From assembly GCA_963788655.1 (NCBI GenBank), contig CAWBHS010000038.1:32001-96000 (forward strand): a stretch of DNA of 64,000 bases, read 5' to 3'. The notes under the pieces are model-generated. The model had not been told where the DNA came from, did no database searches, and was given only the letters and a program-made list of their open reading frames with translations. The position numbers were made by a program, and so were the translations under genes. This document shows, one piece after another, positions 9,673-19,420 of this stretch (its first letter is position 1; each line of letters starts with the position of its first letter). This DNA is from an uncultured Verrucomicrobiae bacterium. GTDB taxonomy: Bacteria; Verrucomicrobiota; Verrucomicrobiia; Limisphaerales; JAFGQR01.

Positions 9673-11202
9673 TCATTTGCCCTCCAAACACAACACCTGC
9701 GAACCGACCGGGAAATACACGCGGTTGCCGACGACGGACACAATCGCGCGCGCCGGACCGTGCCATTCGTTGACGATGCCAAACGGTTGCCCCGCCGCGG
9801 CGGCTTTCGCGTAGCCACCTTGATTTTCCCAACCGAAATTGCCTGGACCGTAGAAGCCGCCATAAGTATCGCGCTTGCCGAACAGGTTTGCGGTCAGACC
9901 GGTTTGGAAATCCAGCGAACCGATATAGCCTTGGTGAATCGAGAACAATTTGTTCGGCGAACAGGCCAGCGTTTGCGTTTCGTCACCAATCGTGTTGAAC
10001 GTCATCCAAGGCATATCCTTGCGTCCCGGAGGGCGGCCGGGTTCTTTGGATTTGTAGGCGTGTTCGATCAACTCCACGCGCCCGGTTTCCAAATCCAACT
10101 TGCCCACCCCGGTGAATGGCCGTACCTCGCCGCCGCCATCCCAGACGCCGTAGGCGGACCGGATCAGCACAAACACTTCACCGGTGCGCGGATTGCAGCA
10201 AGGAGGCGTCAGCGGATTGTGCAGGCCGCCCGTGTAGAGGATCGGAGCCATCCATGGCTCCTGTCCGTCCGCGAGGCGAAAGGCGTAGAAGGTTTGTTCC
10301 GACGAGTGGCTTTTCAAGAAGTCCACAATGAAGTCCTGTTCGTGGCGAACGTCTTCGCGGGTGCCGGGAACGTAGCGGGGATCGGGTCCGGTAAAACCAG
10401 TTCGCCGAATAAGCATTTCCTGGTTCTCGCCGAGAATGGTGTGGAAGTCTTTGCCCGGATTCGTGGTCACGATCACCAACCCACGAACAATCACCGGCGC
10501 ATAATCCCGCACACTCAATCCCTCGAGTTTGCGCGACTTCCACAACAGTTTGCCCGTGGACACTTCGAGGCAATAAACGTGCATGTCTTCGGAAGCGAAA
10601 ACCACCCGGGTCCCGTCTTCGCTGATCGAGGCGCTGGTTAGGATGCGGTCGCCCGTGGGAAACGTCCAGGCGGGTCGTCCCTCGCGGGCGTCCAGCGCAT
10701 AAAACAGGCCGTCCCGCGCGCCGAACAAAACCAATCCAGCATACACGACCGGCGAAACCCAAATCCCTTCGCCAGCCGCAAACTTCCAGCGCGATTTGCC
10801 GGTGCTGGTTTCGACGGCGTACAAACTGCGGTCCATCGAGCCAAAGAACACCGTGCCGCCACTAAACATGGCCGAATGCCCAATGGGGCCACCGGTGTTG
10901 AACACCCATTTCTCAGCGCCCGTTGCCGCGTCCCACGCATACAAATTTCCGGCGTATGTGCCCATGAACGCCAAGCCGTCGCCAACGATGACTTCCGCGC
11001 GCGGCCCGGTGAGTTCGTGGTAGAGTTCCTGGCGCCAAACCAGCTTGAGGGGGCCCTGGGGAAACCGGGGATAGAACCCGGAGCGCTGAAGGTCGCCGTG
11101 GAGAGTCGGCCAGGAAGCGCCATCGTTGCGCGAAGGCTCGGCAGCCCAACCGGCCAGAGTGCCCGCCACGACAACGACAAGAATCTCAGCAAACACGCGC
11201 AT
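9673..11202 (-). CDS. secreted PQQ-binding-like beta-propeller protein
   Basis: Signal peptide, WPTLHGDLQRSG and repeated LYAxDAxTGxxxW blades; start at 11202 or 11220. Confidence 0.85.
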   Translation of the reverse strand: MRVFAEILVVVVAGTLAGWAAEPSRNDGASWPTLHGDLQRSGFYPRFPQGPLKLVWRQELYHELTGPRAEVIVGDGLAFMGTYAGNLYAWDAATGAEKWVFNTGGPIGHSAMFSGGTVFFGSMDRSLYAVETSTGKSRWKFAAGEGIWVSPVVYAGLVLFGARDGLFYALDAREGRPAWTFPTGDRILTSASISEDGTRVVFASEDMHVYCLEVSTGKLLWKSRKLEGLSVRDYAPVIVRGLVIVTTNPGKDFHTILGENQEMLIRRTGFTGPDPRYVPGTREDVRHEQDFIVDFLKSHSSEQTFYAFRLADGQEPWMAPILYTGGLHNPLTPPCCNPRTGEVFVLIRSAYGVWDGGGEVRPFTGVGKLDLETGRVELIEHAYKSKEPGRPPGRKDMPWMTFNTIGDETQTLACSPNKLFSIHQGYIGSLDFQTGLTANLFGKRDTYGGFYGPGNFGWENQGGYAKAAAAGQPFGIVNEWHGPARAIVSVVGNRVYFPVGSQVLCLEGK

Positions 11203-11291
11203 GGTGATGGGAAGCATCATAGAAAGACTGGGCGGCAATGCCAGTGCATTTTCGATCGCATTCAGCCCCGCATTTTTCAGGTGGCGAATAG

Positions 11292-11422
11292 GGTGCGTGG
11301 AGCTTGCTCCCGCTTTCGGTTGCTGGCGGGCGCACAACGAATTTTACCCCACGCGAAGGATTTGACGGTCCTTAGCCGCACGAAAGCGCCGGCAAGCCGG
11401 ACGCACTCCAAACGCTGGCGCG
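11292..11422. repeat. family B REP-like inverted pair (GAAAGCGCCGGCAAGCCGGACGCACTCCAAA-like)
   Basis: 11292-11317 and 11381-11422; the same arrangement recurs at 18788-18929. Confidence 0.75.
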
Positions 11423-11531
11423 ACGGGCCGGACGCCAAATCACATCTGACATCCAGCATCTGACCTCGACTAATTCTCCCCTGCCGCTTGCCCACGAGAG
11501 GCGATTGCGCTAAACCTGTTGGCACGGAATC

Positions 11532-12200
11532 ATGCTAAACAAACCGGTATCCAACGAAACTCTGTTGCAACAATTGCGCTGGCGTTACGCGGTCAAGAAA
11601 TTTGACCCGACCAGGAAGATCAGTGCCTTGGACTGGCAAACCCTCGAAGAAGCCTTGGTGCTATCACCCTCCTCGTACGGCTTGCAGCCGTGGAAATTCA
11701 TCGTCGTCACCCGGCCCAAAACCCGGGAAGAACTGCTGCCGGTTTCGTGGAACCAAGCACAGGTGGTGGATTGCTCGCACTTGGTCGTGTTTGCCATTAA
11801 GAAACACTTTGGCCTGAAACAAGTGGACGACTTTGTGCAACGCATGGCGGAAGTGCGCGGCGTGCCCGTGGAGGCCTTGGCCGCGTACCGGGGCTACATC
11901 GTGCAGGACATCATCGAGGGCATTCGCAGTCACCAGGTCAACGCTTGGTCCACGTGCCAGGTCTACATCGCCTTGGGCAATTTCATGACCAGCGCCGCGA
12001 TGCTGGGCATCGACACCTGCCCGATGGAAGGCATCGAGCCGGACAAATACGATCAAATCCTCGGCCTGGCCCGGCGGGATTTGGGCGCGGTGGTCGCTTG
12101 CGCCGCCGGCTACCGGGCCGCCGATGACAAATATGCCACGCTGCCGAAAGTGCGTTTCAAAGCGGAACACGTCATCGAACGCATTCAGCGCGAGGAATAG
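11532..12200 (+). CDS. NAD(P)H-dependent nitroreductase family protein
   Basis: RYAVKKFD, SPSSYGLQPW and GIDTCPMEGI motifs. Confidence 0.93.
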   Translation: MLNKPVSNETLLQQLRWRYAVKKFDPTRKISALDWQTLEEALVLSPSSYGLQPWKFIVVTRPKTREELLPVSWNQAQVVDCSHLVVFAIKKHFGLKQVDDFVQRMAEVRGVPVEALAAYRGYIVQDIIEGIRSHQVNAWSTCQVYIALGNFMTSAAMLGIDTCPMEGIEPDKYDQILGLARRDLGAVVACAAGYRAADDKYATLPKVRFKAEHVIERIQREE

Positions 12201-12306
12201 GATTGCGGATTTCGGGGTTCGATTTTGGTCCAGTCAGAACACGTTTCTTCCGACTTTAGCAAAGCCCTGCTCCATGCCCGCGTTTCCGTTCCCGCTGGTG
12301 CAACAA

Positions 12307-13506
12307 TTACATCTCCCGCAGCGCCGAGGCCACGGGCAACCGCGCGGCCCGGATCGCGGGAAACAAACCGCCCACCAGGCCGATCAGCGCGGCGTAAAGG
12401 ATGCCCTTGAACAGCAAGCCCGGGGTCACAGCAAAGGCAAACGCCACCTGGCTGAAGCTTTGCCAGTTCATCGTCGCCGCGCGAAAACCGTCAAACACCA
12501 AGTAAGCCAATCCCCCTCCAATCCCGCCGCCCAGCAACGCCAGTAGCAGCGATTCCAGCAGCACCGACATCACCACCGGACCGCTGCCAAAGCCCAGCGC
12601 CCGCAGCGTGGCAATCTCTCGCGTGCGCGCGGCGACGGCTGAATACATCGTGTTGAGTGCGCCAAAGACCGCGCCAATTCCCATCAGGCCAGCGATGATG
12701 GTGCCCAATCCGGCAATCAAATTGTAAACCACGCGCGATTGTTCCCAGTAGTATTCGCTCTGCCGGATCACTTTGACGTTCAACCGGGGATCGCTCATCA
12801 GCGCGTCCTTGAATTCAGCGAAGGCCGCCGGCGACCGCAGCCGCACCAGCACGGATTGAAAGCTATTGCCGCGATTGTAGGCGGATTGCAGCACCCGCGC
12901 ATCCGTCCAAATCTCCGATTCGGCCACCCCGCCGTTGGCCGCGAAGATGCCGACCACTCGCCACTCGTTACGGCCGACTTTCAACCGCGCGCCCAGATTC
13001 AATCCGGCAAACTCGTTGGCGGCGCCGCGGCCCACGATGATTTCATTGCGTCCCGGCTCAAAGCGCCGGCCTTCGATAAGCCGCAGGTCATCGCGCACTC
13101 GAAATGCCGCCGGTCCAATGCCGCGCAACGGCACGTTGGCGTCGGTGCCGGAGGAACGCATCGGCAAGTTGATGATGACAAAGAGTTCCGCCGAAGCCAG
13201 CGGTCCTCCCTCCGTCCACTTGACGCCGGGGGCATCGGCGATCAGGCGCGTCTGTTCGCCGGTCAGGAAACTCACCATCTCGCTGTCCGAACCGCTGCGC
13301 ATCACCACCGCCGCATCCGGGGAACCGGAAATGGTGAGCGCCTGCCGGAAACCTTGAGCGATGGACAAGGTGCCCACCAGCACCGCCACGACGCCCGCGA
13401 TGCCAAACGCCGCCGCGGCCGTGGCGCCTTTGCGTTGGGGAATGGTCAACAGACTGAACTTCGTGATCGAAGCCAGTTGCGAAAACCAATGGATCGGGCC
13501 GCTCAT
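12307..13506 (-). CDS. MacB/FtsX-like ABC transporter permease
   Basis: Four-TM MacB architecture; RTREIATLRALGF. Confidence 0.9.
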   Translation of the reverse strand: MSGPIHWFSQLASITKFSLLTIPQRKGATAAAAFGIAGVVAVLVGTLSIAQGFRQALTISGSPDAAVVMRSGSDSEMVSFLTGEQTRLIADAPGVKWTEGGPLASAELFVIINLPMRSSGTDANVPLRGIGPAAFRVRDDLRLIEGRRFEPGRNEIIVGRGAANEFAGLNLGARLKVGRNEWRVVGIFAANGGVAESEIWTDARVLQSAYNRGNSFQSVLVRLRSPAAFAEFKDALMSDPRLNVKVIRQSEYYWEQSRVVYNLIAGLGTIIAGLMGIGAVFGALNTMYSAVAARTREIATLRALGFGSGPVVMSVLLESLLLALLGGGIGGGLAYLVFDGFRAATMNWQSFSQVAFAFAVTPGLLFKGILYAALIGLVGGLFPAIRAARLPVASALREM

Positions 13507-13508
13507 CG

Positions 13509-14663
13509 TCACGCTCTCCGCAAGGCATCCGCAATGCGCAACCGCATGGCTTGCACCGCGGGCATGATGCCGGTCACCAATCCCAGCGTGAGCGCCAGTA
13601 GCAACCCGGTCACTCGGTCCCGCGCGGGAAAATAAAACACCGGCAGCGCGCCGCGCGTGGGATCGCCCGTCGAAATGAACCACCAGGCCAAGCCCAATCC
13701 CAGCGCTCCGCCCAATACAGCGAGCAAACATGATTCGGCCAGCACCAGCGATAGCATTTGCCCGTTGGTGAAGCCCAGCGCCTTGAGCACGCCCAATTCG
13801 CCGGTGCGCTCACGGACGGATTGCGCCATGGTGTTGCCGGCCACGAGCAGAATGGTAAAGAACACCGCGCTCAGAATGGCTTTGATAATCAGCCCAATGT
13901 CGCCCACCTGCCGCGCCCAGCCTTGGAGAAACGCCTTTTCGGTTTCGGTTTTGGTTTCCGCCGAGGAATTGGCGAACTCTTCGTCAATCCGCTTCGCCAC
14001 GTCGGCGGCTTCGGCCGGATCGCGGACGCGCACCATGTACCAACCAACCGTCCCTTTGCCGAACATCCGGGTTTCCTCGAAGTAATCGTAGCGGAAAAAC
14101 AATTGCGTGGTATCCGTGCCTTTCGCCGCGCCATCATAAATGCCCACCAGGTCAAATTCCCAAGTGCGGCCGCCGTCGTTCTTCGTCCAGATTGTCGCCT
14201 GAATGGGAATGCGGTCGCCGACCTTCCAACCGAAGCGCTCGGCGGTTGCCCGTCCCACGATGGCCCCCGTGCGCGTGCGCAGCCAGGCTTCTTTCTGCGC
14301 TTCCGGCAATCGATACTCGGGATACATTTTGAGGAACGGCTCCGGGTTCACCGGGATTTGCGCGAAGAAGTTTTTGGGGTCCTGATAAATGCCGCCAAAC
14401 CAGGTTTCATAGACGGCGCTGGCCACTCCGGGCAAACGCTTGATGCGCGCCAGGTAACTTTCCGGCAGCAATTGCGCCAGGGAAACCCGATGCCGCACAA
14501 ACAAGCGATCCACCCCGGCCACCTCGACGCCGGCATTGAGGCCCACGCGGATGGCCGCCAGGTAACCGAAAAGGATAAACGCCACCACAATCGAAAGCAG
14601 CGTCAACGACGTCCGCAGTTTCTTGCGGCGCAGATTGCTCGCGATGAGGTGAAGAAATTTCAT
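13509..14663 (-). CDS. MacB/FtsX-like ABC transporter permease
   Basis: NLRRKKLRTSLT; ERTGELGVLKALGF. Confidence 0.9.
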   Translation of the reverse strand: MKFLHLIASNLRRKKLRTSLTLLSIVVAFILFGYLAAIRVGLNAGVEVAGVDRLFVRHRVSLAQLLPESYLARIKRLPGVASAVYETWFGGIYQDPKNFFAQIPVNPEPFLKMYPEYRLPEAQKEAWLRTRTGAIVGRATAERFGWKVGDRIPIQATIWTKNDGGRTWEFDLVGIYDGAAKGTDTTQLFFRYDYFEETRMFGKGTVGWYMVRVRDPAEAADVAKRIDEEFANSSAETKTETEKAFLQGWARQVGDIGLIIKAILSAVFFTILLVAGNTMAQSVRERTGELGVLKALGFTNGQMLSLVLAESCLLAVLGGALGLGLAWWFISTGDPTRGALPVFYFPARDRVTGLLLALTLGLVTGIMPAVQAMRLRIADALRRA

Positions 14664-14699
14664 GGAGTAGGGGCAGAAGTGCCGAACATTTTCTGCGCA

Positions 14700-15136
14700 T
14701 GGACTGCCGAATCGACCTTCACGCGGAACGGCCTCGAAGGTCGGAGCGCCATCCCTCTCTGTGGGTCGCGGTCGAAGGTGCTCCCTCTCCCCCGGGGAGA
14801 GGGCTGGGGTGAGGGGGAAGGAACCGTCCTGTTACTCGTGCCGCCGAAAGTCACTCTATCGTCCTCGTGGGGAAATCCCAGGCCAAGGCGCGGTTCGGAC
14901 ATCGCGTTTCCCCTCACCCTGACCCTCTCCCTCAGGGAGAGGGAACAGCCGGAGGTTCCACCGATTGATACCAACGTTCCCTGGGCATAGACCGCCGAAT
15001 CGACCTGCGGCTGGAACCGTCTTGAAGGTCGAAGCAGCATACCTCTGGCATCGGTGCCGAAGGTGCTCCCAATCACCCAAACGCGCCCGCTGGCTTTTCC
15101 CTCTCCCCACAACCGGGAGAGGGTTAGGGTGAGGGG
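14700..15136. repeat. cluster of family C REP-like hairpins (CCCTCACCCTxxCCCTCTCCC) within a degenerate direct repeat
   Basis: Copies at 14781-14817, 14909-14945 and 15097-15136; flanks GCCGAATCGACC and CGAAGGTGCTCCC each occur twice. Confidence 0.75.
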
Positions 15137-15213
15137 TGAGAATAAAGTGCGGCACTCCCCATTCACCACGACCAATCCACCATTCACAATCGCCACGTTA
15201 TCGCTCCTTCTTG

Positions 15214-15927
15214 TTAGTGCGGTGCCTCGGTGACCATCTCGCCCTTGTACAAATGCACTGTCCGCGTCGCCCGCGCCGAGGCGTGCGGATCGTGCGTCAC
15301 CATGATGATGGTTTTCCCGTGCTGCCGGTTCAGTCCCTGGAGCAGATCGAGCACTTCGTCGCCGGATTTGCGGTCCAGGTCGCCGGTCGGTTCGTCGCAG
15401 AGCAGCAGCGTCGGATCGGTGACGATGGCTCGGGCAATTCCGACGCGCTGCTGTTCGCCCCCCGAGAGTTGTTGCGGGTAATGCCGGGTGCGATGGGCCA
15501 GTCCCACGACTGCCAGGGCAATCGCGACGTGCCGTTTACGTTGGGTGCGCGAAAGGCTGGTCAGCAAGAGCGGCAGTTCCACGTTACGTTCCGCCGTAAG
15601 CACCGGCATCAAGTTGTACAGTTGGAAGACAAAACCGATGTGCCGGGCGCGCCACGCCGCCAGCGCGCGGTCGGACAACCGATCAATCCGACGATGGCTG
15701 ACCGCCACCGAACCTTTGCTCGGCCGGTCCAGTCCGCCGATGAGATTGAGCAACGTGCTTTTGCCCGAACCCGAGGGGCCCATCAGCGCGAGGAACTCGC
15801 CCTGGCGTACTTCGAGGTCGATGCCCTCCAATACATGCACCGCTTCCGTCCCGCGGCGGTAATATTTCTCCACCTGCTGGACGGACACGAGCACGCCATT
15901 GCCGGCCTGGACGGTTCCTTCGCTCAT
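15214..15927 (-). CDS. ABC transporter ATP-binding protein (LolD/MacB type)
   Basis: GPSGSGKST, LSGGEQQRV, DEPTG and VTHD motifs; ATG 15927 overlaps the upstream stop. Confidence 0.95.
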   Translation of the reverse strand: MSEGTVQAGNGVLVSVQQVEKYYRRGTEAVHVLEGIDLEVRQGEFLALMGPSGSGKSTLLNLIGGLDRPSKGSVAVSHRRIDRLSDRALAAWRARHIGFVFQLYNLMPVLTAERNVELPLLLTSLSRTQRKRHVAIALAVVGLAHRTRHYPQQLSGGEQQRVGIARAIVTDPTLLLCDEPTGDLDRKSGDEVLDLLQGLNRQHGKTIIMVTHDPHASARATRTVHLYKGEMVTEAPH

Positions 15928-17138
15928 CGGGCCATTTCCCGCACGCGAACGCCATCCCGCAGTTTGTCCTGTCCTTCGACGACCACCAATTCTCCCGCCG
16001 TCAGTCCGGCCACCACCGGGACTTGTTCGTCGCGCTTGGCACCGGTTTCGATCAGACGGCGCGTGGCCTTGCCATCGTTGACCACCCAAACCTGTGAACG
16101 CTCGTCCGTTTCGTCCACGGCGGCCTGGGGCACGACGGGATAACGGTCCTCAGGGTTGGCAGGACCGGCGCGCAGGAAAGCAACTTTAACCGCCATGTCA
16201 GGCAGGATGCGCGGGTCCAATTTCTCAAAACCCACCCGCACTTTGACGGTGGACTTTTGGCGGTCGGCGGTCGGGATAATGGCGATGACTTTGGCTGGAA
16301 TTTTCCAATCCGAATAAGCGTCGAGCGTGGCCTCCACGGGTTGGTCTTCGGACACGCGATTGAGGTAGCTTTCGTTGACATCGACTTCGATTTCGAGCGA
16401 GTTCATGTCCACGATGGTGCCAATGCCAGTGCGGGTGAAGCCGCCCCCGGCGGACACCGGCGAAATCATCTCACCGGGCTGGGCGTTCTTGGTCGTCACA
16501 ATGCCCGTGAACGGTGCCCGAATAACGGTGTCATCCAATTGCTGTTGCCACAGGGCCACCTGACTCTGAGCCACGTCAATGTCCGCGCGTTGCTTTTCCA
16601 ACTGCGCTTTGCGGGAATTTACCTCGGCCTCGGCGCGATCCAGGTCGGACTGGGTTACCACGTCGTTGGTCACGAGCGAACTGATGCGGCGCAGTTCTTT
16701 TTGCGCTTCCTCCAGGCGCACCTGCGTTTCCGTCAGGCTGGCTTTGGTGGACTGCAATTGGGCGCGGGCAAGGTTCAGGCTGGCCTTGATATTGGCATCG
16801 TCCAACCGCGCCAACACGTCGCCTTCCTGCACGCGCATGCCTTCCTCGATCAGCAATTCCGTGACCTTGCCGGTGACTTTCGACGACACCGTGGCTTCGC
16901 GCCGGGCGGTCACGTAACCCGAAGCATTCAGGAGCACCCGTTGCTTGGCCGGATCGGGAGGCTGGACCGCAATCGTGCGCACTTCGACCGCGCGCCCATT
17001 GCGGAACCACCAAAACACGACCGCCGCCACGACCAGCAACAGGACCACAATCCAGCCCCAGCGCGCCTTGGACCGTTCCGGCTCGTCGTCGCCGCGGTCA
17101 ATGCGCAATTCATCCAGGGACGGTTTTTCCGTACTCAT
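15924..17138 (-). CDS. efflux periplasmic adaptor subunit (MacA/HlyD family)
   Basis: N-terminal TM, lipoyl halves, coiled coil, IRAPFTG. Confidence 0.93.
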   Translation of the reverse strand: MSTEKPSLDELRIDRGDDEPERSKARWGWIVVLLLVVAAVVFWWFRNGRAVEVRTIAVQPPDPAKQRVLLNASGYVTARREATVSSKVTGKVTELLIEEGMRVQEGDVLARLDDANIKASLNLARAQLQSTKASLTETQVRLEEAQKELRRISSLVTNDVVTQSDLDRAEAEVNSRKAQLEKQRADIDVAQSQVALWQQQLDDTVIRAPFTGIVTTKNAQPGEMISPVSAGGGFTRTGIGTIVDMNSLEIEVDVNESYLNRVSEDQPVEATLDAYSDWKIPAKVIAIIPTADRQKSTVKVRVGFEKLDPRILPDMAVKVAFLRAGPANPEDRYPVVPQAAVDETDERSQVWVVNDGKATRRLIETGAKRDEQVPVVAGLTAGELVVVEGQDKLRDGVRVREMAR

Positions 17139-17266
17139 AAACCCGCATTGCTATCGGCAAAGCGCCTGGCCGTCAAGATTGCGGGGAAGTTCCGGTTCAG
17201 CCGCTCACCAAATTTCCGCGCTTTTGCGCTGTTCGTTATGCGGGCTTTGCGGCAAACTCTCGGGTT

Positions 17267-18613
17267 ATGAAAACCAATCTAACTCGTCGTTCTTTTCTCA
17301 ATCGCGCCGCCGTATTGGGCGGCGGAATGTTGATTGCCCCCTCCGGCGTCGTCAAAGCCCGGGCCGGACAATCGCCCAACGAAAAGTTGAACATTGCCAT
17401 GATCGGCACCTGGGGCCGGGCGGAAGCCCACTTCGGCGCCGTTTCCGGGGAGAACGTTGCCGCGCTTTGCGACATTAACGAACAACACCTGGCCGGCGCC
17501 GCCAAACGGTTTACCAAGGCCAAGACCTACGTGGACTGGCGCAAATGCCTCGAGCAAAAAGATCTGGATGCCGTCATGTGTTGCACGGCGGATCACACCC
17601 ACGCCTTTGTCGCCAACTGGGCGATGAACCGCGGGCTGCACATTTATTGCGAGAAGCCGCTGGGCAACAGCGTCGAGGAAGTCCGGGTGGTGCGCGCGAA
17701 TTATCTCAAGAACAAAAACAAACTGGCCACGCAGGTCGGCACGCAACGCCACGCGATTGAAAACTTCAACCGCGTGCGGGAGCTGGTGTTGGACGGCGCG
17801 CTGGGCCAATTGGAACGGGTGAGCGCCTGGGGCGACCGCCAGATTCCCAAGCCCGGCTATCTGCCCCCGAAAGGCAATCCGCCCGCGGGTTTCCACTGGG
17901 ATTTGTGGCTCGGGCCTTCGCCCTATCACCATTACAACCCGGAATACTTCTCCGGTGGTTCGGGGATGAACTGCCTGCATTGGAACATGTATTGGGACTT
18001 CGGCAGCGGCCAGGTCGGCGATATGGGCAGTCACACGATGGATTTGGCCTGGAACGCCCTGGACGGCGACCTGCCGACCTCCGCCGAAGCCAAGGGCGAT
18101 CCGTTCAATGCCGATGTCACGCCGGTCAAACTGGAATCGCATTTCGAGATCCCCGCCAATAACTGGCGACCCGGCATCCGCGTCTCCTGGTATCAAGGTG
18201 GCGCCATGCCGGAATCCCCGGCGCCCTACATCAATCTGCACAAGATCGGTCACGGCGCCATGTTCGAGGGCAACAAAGGCATCCTGGTGGCCGATTTTGG
18301 CTCGCGGGTGCTGTATCCGTTGGGCAGCCATGCCGACCTGACGTATTACCAGCCGCGCAAGAAGGAAGATCTGATTCCGGCGATTGGCAGTTTCCAGGGC
18401 CAATGGATCAAGGCCTGCAAAGGTAACCTCCAAACCTCCTGCAACTTTGATTACAGTGGGAAAATGACCGAGATGATGCTGTTGGGATTGGTTGCCTATC
18501 GCGTGGGCAAGAAGATCAATTACGATGGCGCCACCGGCCGCGTGACCAACAGCCCCGAGGCCAACGAATTGCTTCGCCGCGATTACCGGGACGGTTGGAC
18601 GCTTGACGGTTAA
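17267..18613 (+). CDS. Tat-exported Gfo/Idh/MocA family oxidoreductase
   Basis: TRRSFL twin-arginine signal; YCEKPL, WDLWLGP and DMGSH motifs. Confidence 0.92.
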   Translation: MKTNLTRRSFLNRAAVLGGGMLIAPSGVVKARAGQSPNEKLNIAMIGTWGRAEAHFGAVSGENVAALCDINEQHLAGAAKRFTKAKTYVDWRKCLEQKDLDAVMCCTADHTHAFVANWAMNRGLHIYCEKPLGNSVEEVRVVRANYLKNKNKLATQVGTQRHAIENFNRVRELVLDGALGQLERVSAWGDRQIPKPGYLPPKGNPPAGFHWDLWLGPSPYHHYNPEYFSGGSGMNCLHWNMYWDFGSGQVGDMGSHTMDLAWNALDGDLPTSAEAKGDPFNADVTPVKLESHFEIPANNWRPGIRVSWYQGGAMPESPAPYINLHKIGHGAMFEGNKGILVADFGSRVLYPLGSHADLTYYQPRKKEDLIPAIGSFQGQWIKACKGNLQTSCNFDYSGKMTEMMLLGLVAYRVGKKINYDGATGRVTNSPEANELLRRDYRDGWTLDG

Positions 18614-18787
18614 CGCGGCTGATTCGCTCCCCGCACAAAAATCGGACAGCCGGTAACCGCCGACGTAAAGAGGCGGAGCGCGAGCATGATGCGTCGGCTC
18701 CGCCTCGTATTCTGAATAGGTTCCTTTATCCCATCGCTTTCCTTCGCTGGGAGGAAGGAGGGTTCACCGGGCGGAGGTAAGTCGCGC

Positions 18788-18990
18788 CCGCGTTGGGAGT
18801 GCGCCCGGCTTGCCGGCGCTTTTGGTTGGGGAGCGGCGGTCAAATCGTTGCGGGCACGGCCTGCTTCCTAACGCGCGGCGCCTGGCACGAAAGCGGGAGC
18901 AAGCTCCACGCACTCCAAACGCTTCGCGAGGATTGGAAACCACCGACGCGGATTCACATTGGAACATGTAGGACCGGCGCCTCGCCGGTC
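18788..18990. repeat. family B inverted pair plus a family A copy
   Basis: 18788-18823, 18888-18929 and 18968-18990. Confidence 0.75.
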
Positions 18991-19266
18991 GGTCGGTATG
19001 CCTCGCTCCCGCCGGCCGTTAGAGGACGACGCTCGAATGGTCCCCCTCCCCGGCGCCATTCAGAGCAACGGCGCGGCGACGTTGACTGCCTCCGGGGCGG
19101 ACGCGCCCCACGGACCAGAGAGTCCGGACCAGTTCCTCGGGCAGTTCGCGGACTGGATTGCCCTGCCCGTCTCTGCCATCCAGCATCTGGCATCGTTCAA
19201 CTTCCACCGCAATGCTCCCTCCATCACCCGCAGGCATCCATCGGGCGCATAAGGATGAATTAGGCG

Positions 19267-19295
19267 TTGACAATGGTGGCAAGATCGGGTGTTCT
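19267..19295 (+). promoter_or_regulatory. possible cassette promoter (Pc-like)
   Basis: Perfect TTGACA at 19267-19272; only a weak -10 (TGTTCT) at 17 bp spacing. Confidence 0.35.
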
Positions 19296-19316
19296 TGTCC
19301 CTATGAAGACCCAAGG

Positions 19317-19400
19317 TTTTCTGCCTATCACGGTAAACGGCAACTTTTTTCTGCCTAATTCTGTTATTCCACCCGTTGGTACGCCTAAACAGCGTTAGGC
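19317..19400 (+). other. attI-like integron recombination site
   Basis: GCCTAAAC-AGC-GTTAGGC simple site (core 19394-19400) with no attC hairpin; upstream direct repeats TTTTCTGCCTA at 19317 and 19347. Confidence 0.65.
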
Positions 19401-19420
19401 AAAGCAAGGCGCATCAACAA

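Noticed and set aside
9461..9832. N-terminal extension of the 536 aa ORF
   Set aside because: Overlaps the upstream gene and an inverted repeat; probably not translated
14660..15196. 178 aa ORF in the ABC operon gap
   Set aside because: Translation of REP-like and heptamer repeats (PLTLTLS, SLRERVRVRG)
18959..19282. Possible integrase remnant upstream of the attI-like site
   Set aside because: No tyrosine-recombinase motifs (HxLRH, catalytic Y) in any listed frame; these ORFs look like repeat-derived noise
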